From the UHGV virus genome UHGV-0179803: a DNA stretch of 64,000 bases. One strand, written 5' to 3'. Below are positions 58,585-64,000 of the stretch, one piece after another (the stretch's first letter is position 1; the number at the start of each line of letters is the position of its first letter). The notes below the pieces were generated by a model that was given only the letters and a program-made list of their open reading frames with translations, did not search any database and had not been told where the DNA came from. This stretch comes from a virus. The translations under genes were made by a program, and so were the position numbers.

Positions 58585-59076
58585 TTATTTTTCATGTAAG
58601 TACTCCTCTGGTTCAGCTTCAGGTTCTGGATAGTCCTCTATAACGAGAGGCCAGTTATTCTCTTTCGCTTTACGTTTGTACATCACTTCATCCCTGGCGA
58701 ACTCCAGTTGATTCTTAGCCGGGATACCTGCTGGATTATCATCAATCCAGATATCTGGGAAGATGCCCATCGTAGCCATATAAGCTGCTTTCTGTATACC
58801 AGAAGTATAGAAGATATCCATACCCAGTTTTTCAGCCCACATCTGAATGTCACAGCTGTCCTGTTCAGGGAAACGGAATGTGACAAAGCAGCAATACCAA
58901 CCAGCCTTCTGCAATGCGCCCACAAAAGAGGCGAAGATAAAAGGCTCTGCATTGAACGTATTATCGAAGTCAAATGCAGCAACTTTCGTGCCATTACGTG
59001 TTTCAAACGGCAGAGAAGTGGTTAAGCTACTGTAATCAAAAATATCCCCACTAACGTCATCATAGCCTGAATCCAT
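58585..59076 (-). CDS. HAD-superfamily phosphatase-like protein (possible nucleotidase)
   Basis: motif I VAAFDFDNT (DxDxT) near the N-terminus and DIWIDD near the C-terminus. Confidence 0.5.
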   Translation of the reverse strand: MDSGYDDVSGDIFDYSSLTTSLPFETRNGTKVAAFDFDNTFNAEPFIFASFVGALQKAGWYCCFVTFRFPEQDSCDIQMWAEKLGMDIFYTSGIQKAAYMATMGIFPDIWIDDNPAGIPAKNQLEFARDEVMYKRKAKENNWPLVIEDYPEPEAEPEEYLHEK

Positions 59077-59086
59077 AGCCTACTCC

Positions 59087-59356
59087 TTATTTTTTCAAGA
59101 ATTTGTATGCAAAAGCATGTGTGTTTTCCGCAGCTTCAATGATACAACGAATCTTGCGATCCAGTTCTTCATTTTCTTTTACCAGCTGCGGGATCTCTTT
59201 GGCATGAACTGTGAACTCGGCAAAGTCCATATCCAAGATCTGGTTGATACGGGCATCATTAGCTTTGGCTTGCATATTCATACGATATGCAGCAGACAGA
59301 CCTTCCTGTACCATCGACAGGCCGTATTCAAGGTAGCGTAACTGTTCTTTAGTCAT
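59087..59356 (-). CDS. hypothetical protein
   Basis: internal ATG (MTKEQLRYLEY...) of track ORF 59087..59416. Confidence 0.35.
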   Translation of the reverse strand: MTKEQLRYLEYGLSMVQEGLSAAYRMNMQAKANDARINQILDMDFAEFTVHAKEIPQLVKENEELDRKIRCIIEAAENTHAFAYKFLKK

Positions 59357-59452
59357 CGTAGTGGTCCTTCGTTCTGTTGATGAGGTATTTATACCACAAC
59401 GTACGGGGTATGTCAACAGTTTTCTTTCAATAAATCAGTTGTGTAGGAAAAG

Positions 59453-59478
59453 ACAAAAATAAACCCCGCCGAAGCGGG
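59453..59478 (-). terminator. rho-independent terminator (minus strand, UUCG tetraloop)
   Basis: minus strand reads CCCCGCTTCGGCGGGG then TTTATTTTTG; same hairpin as 39577 on the + strand. Confidence 0.5.
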
Positions 59479-59488
59479 GTCTATGCGA

Positions 59489-59632
59489 TTAGAAGTTCAT
59501 CTGCATATATCCCATCGGATGTGCTCCTGCCATGCTTTCAGCTACTGCACCCCAATCCACGTCCATAGCATGAACCCCTAAAACTACCAAACCCATTGCA
59601 ACCAGTGCTAAAACTTCAATTCTCATTTTCAT
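59489..59632 (-). CDS. small secreted/membrane peptide (47 aa) with signal peptide
   Basis: MKMRIEVLALVAMGLVVLGVHA signal-like N-terminus; RBS GAGGGG. Confidence 0.35.
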   Translation of the reverse strand: MKMRIEVLALVAMGLVVLGVHAMDVDWGAVAESMAGAHPMGYMQMNF

Positions 59633-59642
59633 AACCCGCCCC

Positions 59643-59795
59643 TCATTTATCGAATGCACTAAGATTATCAATGCAGAAATCTTTTACTTCATTTTTGTCT
59701 GCACCTTGTACAAGGATTTCACCCGGACAAGCCTGATCCATAGAATCTGCAAAATCTTCTTTAAAGCAAGCTAAGTTGTCAATATCGTATTTCAT
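59643..59795 (-). CDS. small Cys-containing protein (50 aa)
   Basis: ATG after AAGGAG at ideal spacing; internal start of track ORF 59643..59858. Confidence 0.35.
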   Translation of the reverse strand: MKYDIDNLACFKEDFADSMDQACPGEILVQGADKNEVKDFCIDNLSAFDK

Positions 59796-59896
59796 GGCTG
59801 ACTCCTTATTTATCTGTTGTACTGTGCTTCTCTTCATTTGATGGAAGCATCTTAACACAACTGATCTTCCATGTCAAGAAATATTTCTACTTTCTT

Positions 59897-60502
59897 TTAG
59901 TCAAATTGTAATATCAGATCGACCAGTTTACTTGGTTCGTTGATATACTCATCTTTACCGTATGGCACAGGTCTCATTTCGTGGATAGGCTGTTCTTCTA
60001 CGTACGGTCTGATAAATTCTGCCAGCACCAGTTCCACAACCCCTGGCCCACAAGGTGATTCCAGCATTCTCCGGTGGAGTTTGGGATCTCTCAGTGCCAG
60101 AAGTGGACCGTAACCATCCATTCTGCCATACAATAGATACTCCGCAGAGTGGTGGATGAAAGCCTTCTCGTAGCGTCTGCGTTGGTTTAAGGTCGCTATG
60201 ATTATCTCTGCATAGGCATCCTGTAGAGCCTTCTTAGCGTGTTGGATGTTGTTATCCCCAGACTCCAGTAAGCCTTCCAGGATTCTTACACGACTCATGT
60301 GGACCTGATTCTCACTGACGTGGGCGATAATATTCCCTGTCTGATCGAAGTTTTCCATCAGCCTCCACACGATGTTGACACTGCCTGTCTGGGATAATGA
60401 CTTGGCGTACCAGCCTTGCTTGTGGAAGTACCAGTCAGCGTCCTCCATCAGGATTTTACTGAAGTCTGCTTTCAGTTGTTCTTTGCTGTGCGGATCATTC
60501 AT
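59897..60502 (-). CDS. hypothetical protein
   Basis: start re-placed at MNDPHSK... (GGGAG 6 nt upstream), abutting the stop of the upstream gene. Confidence 0.4.
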   Translation of the reverse strand: MNDPHSKEQLKADFSKILMEDADWYFHKQGWYAKSLSQTGSVNIVWRLMENFDQTGNIIAHVSENQVHMSRVRILEGLLESGDNNIQHAKKALQDAYAEIIIATLNQRRRYEKAFIHHSAEYLLYGRMDGYGPLLALRDPKLHRRMLESPCGPGVVELVLAEFIRPYVEEQPIHEMRPVPYGKDEYINEPSKLVDLILQFD

Positions 60503-61088
60503 TGCCATCTCCCAACAATTGAAGCAGAAGGTTGATACCTTCGTTTGGGTCATCATCCTCACCGTAGTGTTTGGCAGACATTGCATAGCCTTCACCATCC
60601 ACATACTGTTTGATGTATTTGAACAGGCTCGAACGCAGCATATCCATCCCCATCGGATCTCGCAGTAAGCGATCCAACAGTTTTGGTGCACGTTTTTCCA
60701 TCACACAAGGGCCACCGTTATTGCCACAACCATTACGGTTAGTCAGGAGGTCAACTCCGAACTGTAGCAGCTCTTTCTTGTGCTTCTCGCGTTTTCTCCA
60801 GATCTTGACGTGCATTTCGCCATCAACATCGTGGACCATGTTGCGAAGATCACTTATGCTGGGGTGCTCATTGTTCTTCAAAGCCCTTATCATTACTTTA
60901 CACTTAGTAGTGTAAGTTTCTTCCCTGTAGTACCGTGGTACTGGGAAGATATACTTCTCGAATATCATCTTGAAGGCGTTGAAGCGAGAACTGGCAAAAT
61001 AATTATCCCAGTAGTCCTTCCACTCAAATTCAAGAAAAGTATCCAGATCCCTCTGGAGATTGTTAGTAAAAAATTCTACATTGCTCAT
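60495..61088 (-). CDS. hypothetical protein
   Basis: ORF track; 4-nt overlaps with both neighbours. Confidence 0.4.
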   Translation of the reverse strand: MSNVEFFTNNLQRDLDTFLEFEWKDYWDNYFASSRFNAFKMIFEKYIFPVPRYYREETYTTKCKVMIRALKNNEHPSISDLRNMVHDVDGEMHVKIWRKREKHKKELLQFGVDLLTNRNGCGNNGGPCVMEKRAPKLLDRLLRDPMGMDMLRSSLFKYIKQYVDGEGYAMSAKHYGEDDDPNEGINLLLQLLGDGNE

Positions 61089-61327
61089 AGCTCTACCACC
61101 GTACCTTCCAGGTCTTCTTCAATCAGGTCATCCAGCTTAACCACCTTGATAAGGCCACGACGGATGTACAGATCCATCATCTCACGATAGTTTTTGAATG
61201 GATCGTCACTGTTACTGACTACAACAACTTTATGGTCTTGACGAGCTTCTTGCCATACCAGACGGCAACGCATCAGGTGCCCCAGTACATCTTTATCCAT
61301 TTCTGGCTTACGTGCAAACATTATCAA
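61085..61327 (-). CDS. hypothetical protein
   Basis: ORF track; overlapping ATGA junctions with neighbours. Confidence 0.4.
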   Translation of the reverse strand: MIMFARKPEMDKDVLGHLMRCRLVWQEARQDHKVVVVSNSDDPFKNYREMMDLYIRRGLIKVVKLDDLIEEDLEGTVVEL

Positions 61328-61758
61328 TCCCCCGTAAAATATTCTTTAAGTTTTTCTGTTAAAAAGTTTTGTAATTCCTGCTCGTCGAGCTTCTCGTCAA
61401 AGTCAGCAGCAGCTGCCTCAACACACATATGATAGATCGCAATTTCAAGGTCGTCAAGCCCCAACATCAATTCGACCATCATATTTTCATCATCTGTTGG
61501 GTGAGCCGGATCAGAGATCATATCCATTGGTACGATGACTTTCCAGTCTTCTTTAGTCCCCACAGGACCTTGAATTTTACGGCTAATCTCTATCAGATGC
61601 TTGGTGTAAAAGGCTTCGTACTGAACAATCTCGTAGTTATTACGGTAGTAAACGTAGTCGAGGTAAGTACCCAGCCGAAGCTGGCATACTTCAACCCCAA
61701 ACCACTCCTTCTTCCACTGTTTTTCGCCTGAAGATTGGCATTGGCGTTTAGTCAGCAT
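61324..61758 (-). CDS. hypothetical protein
   Basis: ORF track; part of the same overlapping minus-strand operon. Confidence 0.4.
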   Translation of the reverse strand: MLTKRQCQSSGEKQWKKEWFGVEVCQLRLGTYLDYVYYRNNYEIVQYEAFYTKHLIEISRKIQGPVGTKEDWKVIVPMDMISDPAHPTDDENMMVELMLGLDDLEIAIYHMCVEAAAADFDEKLDEQELQNFLTEKLKEYFTGD

Positions 61759-61773
61759 GGCTGGGTTCTCCTG

Positions 61774-62052
61774 TTATTGACGAGCGTATCCGCAGAGGAC
61801 GATGGTTGCATTAATTTCTGTTGCAGATAAGTCCCCATCCATAATTTGTAAAGAGAAATCTTCCAGGTCTACAGTGTAGATGCCTCCGTCATAAGAGTTA
61901 TCCTCCATGATTAGCACGTTGCGTACTTCAGCAGCCACTATGATTTCTACAATCGTACCTGGTTTAAAATTTTTGAGAGGTTTGACTACAGGTTCAAGCT
62001 CTCTTAAAGATACAGATGTTGCCATAATGTGTCTCCTATTTAACGTTTTCAA
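61774..62052 (-). CDS. hypothetical protein
   Basis: ORF track. Confidence 0.35.
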   Translation of the reverse strand: MKTLNRRHIMATSVSLRELEPVVKPLKNFKPGTIVEIIVAAEVRNVLIMEDNSYDGGIYTVDLEDFSLQIMDGDLSATEINATIVLCGYARQ

Positions 62053-63487
62053 TCAAATCTATAGTTCTGCCAAAAGATGGCGTATAGTCTTTGTTACCAC
62101 CTTCTGTCCTAATCCAGAGCGTATTATACTTATCCCAACCGTTGCTGTCAACCTCTTTTTCAAAACCTGATTCAAGAAACAGGTCAGTAAAGATAATAAC
62201 ATCCTGAACATCAGACAGATGTTTATCCAGATATTCAAACACACAACCTGCACGAGTACCGAACGTAGACTTGATCTGGTAGTCTGGCATCTGTGCAATA
62301 TTCTGGTGAGTGTATACCTGAACATCACCAACTTCTGTTGACCAACAGAACATCGTAACTTTAAACTCTTTATACAGGCTGCACAACCCGCTGATTTCTG
62401 AAGTGATACGTTTCAGAGTCCGTGGAGAGATAGAGCCTGATACGTCGAATGCCACCACTATATCAATCGTTTTCTCCTGGTTGCGACCTGGGAGAATAAC
62501 AGACTGGCGATTGTTGATAGCCCCTCTGCTACGCAATGTGTGAGTTAAAGCACCAGAGCGACGGGCCGGACGACGATAAGTCATATCAGCTTTCCGGTGT
62601 GACAACATACGTTGACGAATCACATCCAGATAGTTGATGATAGGCTTATTGCGATTCTTGATCCACTCACGCACCTGTGCCGGACCTTCACCACCTGCCG
62701 CTTTCATAGCAGCTTCCATCATGTCACCAGAGTCCTGCATTGCTGCATCTTTCTCTGCCTGAGTCATTGCTGGTTGGTTGCCTTTTTCGTAGCCCATAGC
62801 TTCACTGAGGTTGTCAGACTGGCCTTGTCCGTCCCCCATGTGAGTATCTGTGGCTCGTAGACCACCGCCACTAGCTTTACCTGGTTGTTGCTGTTGCTGT
62901 TGTTGTCTTTCCAGGTCTGCATAAACTTTTTCAGTTATCCACCCGTGGTATTTCTTATCACAATAACAATATTCAAGAAATGCAAACGGCTGGCCTTTTT
63001 TCAGCTGTGTGCGAATCCCGTGTGGGAACATTGCACATGGCGGTTCGGCTAAATCTACCATCAGACCAGTATTAATAACGTGGTCAGCGGCCTGATTAAA
63101 CAGGTTGTGATCAGAGAAGGCTTTACCACGGCTGAGGTGATCAGCAATGATGTGACCTATCTCATGGCACAGGAGAAAAGCAACCTCTTTAAGCGTTTTA
63201 GGTGCATAGAAAGCGTCCAGCTGTTCTTTCATCTTATCATCGCACTTAGGCAGAATGATAGCACGGCGTTCCTGGCAAACACCTATGATGAACTCTGGAT
63301 TGTAGTAAATCCGCTTATGGTCTGTGGCGATAGTGTCACACCATGTGTGGTTCTCAACAAATTGTAAGCCTGACAGGAGCACACCGTAGAAGCTCAATCT
63401 TTCCATGAGCCACATGCGAGCACCCTGAAGCATACGTAGAGCTTCTGGTTTCTGTGCTAAAATCAGTTCTGAACTTCTTGCGTCCAC
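62036..63487 (-). CDS. vWA-domain protein with N-terminal HExxH metallopeptidase-like domain
   Basis: HEIGHIIADH (HExxH) in the N-terminal half; MIDAS-type DVSGS in VAFDVSGSISPRT in the C-terminal half; poly-Q linker. Confidence 0.6.
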   Translation of the reverse strand: MDARSSELILAQKPEALRMLQGARMWLMERLSFYGVLLSGLQFVENHTWCDTIATDHKRIYYNPEFIIGVCQERRAIILPKCDDKMKEQLDAFYAPKTLKEVAFLLCHEIGHIIADHLSRGKAFSDHNLFNQAADHVINTGLMVDLAEPPCAMFPHGIRTQLKKGQPFAFLEYCYCDKKYHGWITEKVYADLERQQQQQQQPGKASGGGLRATDTHMGDGQGQSDNLSEAMGYEKGNQPAMTQAEKDAAMQDSGDMMEAAMKAAGGEGPAQVREWIKNRNKPIINYLDVIRQRMLSHRKADMTYRRPARRSGALTHTLRSRGAINNRQSVILPGRNQEKTIDIVVAFDVSGSISPRTLKRITSEISGLCSLYKEFKVTMFCWSTEVGDVQVYTHQNIAQMPDYQIKSTFGTRAGCVFEYLDKHLSDVQDVIIFTDLFLESGFEKEVDSNGWDKYNTLWIRTEGGNKDYTPSFGRTIDLIENVK

Positions 63488-63538
63488 TACGATCCTCCAA
63501 AGGGGGCAAAAGCCCCCTCGTTGTTATTTTCTGCTATC

Positions 63539-63988
63539 TTACACCTTTTTAAAGATGTTTGCAAGCTCTGCCATCGTCATGTTAGTCGTTTTCATGAGGT
63601 CAGTCATCGCCTTTTCCATCACAGGTGTAACTACCATGAAGTTGCCTTTGACAAAACCTTTATCGCGATCAGCCACCAGGATAGATTTAAGGCCGTCACC
63701 CAGACGTTCACCAGTCAGTGCACAACATTTTTTCTGGTACACTTGTTTGAACTGTCCGAATGTCAGATCTACTTTCATGCCTATATCATAGAAGACCTGA
63801 CAGTAGAAAGCGTAAGCCTGAGCAATAGCCACATCTGGTGGTAATGCCTGAGGTAGCGGTTTAGGCTCTTCAGGAGCGTCTGTACGGTCCTCAACAACTT
63901 CGGCTTGTACTTCTTCAACTTCAGCCGTTTCTTCAACCACAGGCTCACTCATGATGTTCCTGACATGTTTTTCAGCACGTTTGTCCAT
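63539..63988 (-). CDS. hypothetical protein (frame may extend past the window edge)
   Basis: ORF track; acidic N-terminus; upstream sequence leaves the window. Confidence 0.35.
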   Translation of the reverse strand: MDKRAEKHVRNIMSEPVVEETAEVEEVQAEVVEDRTDAPEEPKPLPQALPPDVAIAQAYAFYCQVFYDIGMKVDLTFGQFKQVYQKKCCALTGERLGDGLKSILVADRDKGFVKGNFMVVTPVMEKAMTDLMKTTNMTMAELANIFKKV

Positions 63989-64000
63989 GAACTCACGTAA

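Noticed and set aside
58683-59035. Alternative-frame ORFs on both strands within the HAD-like phosphatase gene
   Set aside because: The 58585..59076 frame carries the DxDxT and DD motifs; the others lack start context and recognisable features.
1-64000. Integrase, repressor or attachment-site features that would mark a prophage
   Set aside because: None recognised in this window; lifestyle cannot be assigned from this region alone.

Overview
This 64-kb window reads as a virion-structural and packaging region of a large tailed phage (or prophage) of a Gram-negative host, with a contractile-tail (myovirus-like) gene layout. All calls are from reading the sequence and the ORF track; no database search or folding was run. 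Coordinates 1-5500 hold small genes in mixed orientation plus a 1-kb noncoding region with four tandem hairpin repeats. From 5.5 to 55.1 kb everything is on the + strand: a tRNA-Arg, a spanin pair, a large terminase gene that appears to be interrupted twice (a candidate intein inside the P-loop and a candidate group I intron carrying an HNH/EndoVII-type ORF), then portal, scaffold, major capsid, sheath, tube, tape measure, baseplate proteins, a 1556-aa tail fiber with a lambda Stf / T4 gp37-type His-rich C-terminus, Tfa-type chaperones, two paralogous short fiber genes, a third fiber and a 1937-aa Ig-domain protein. From 55.1 to 64 kb genes run on the - strand: three tRNAs, three tiny hydrophobic ORFs, a gene for a trimeric-autotransporter-like outer-membrane protein with a YadA-type C-terminal anchor, a small HNH protein, a HAD-like phosphatase, and a vWA/HExxH protein. 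The most unusual items are the doubly interrupted terminase and the autotransporter-like gene. No integrase, repressor, CRISPR array or rRNA was seen. Many gene starts were re-placed by eye on the nearest Shine-Dalgarno-like sequence, so coordinates are approximate where noted.
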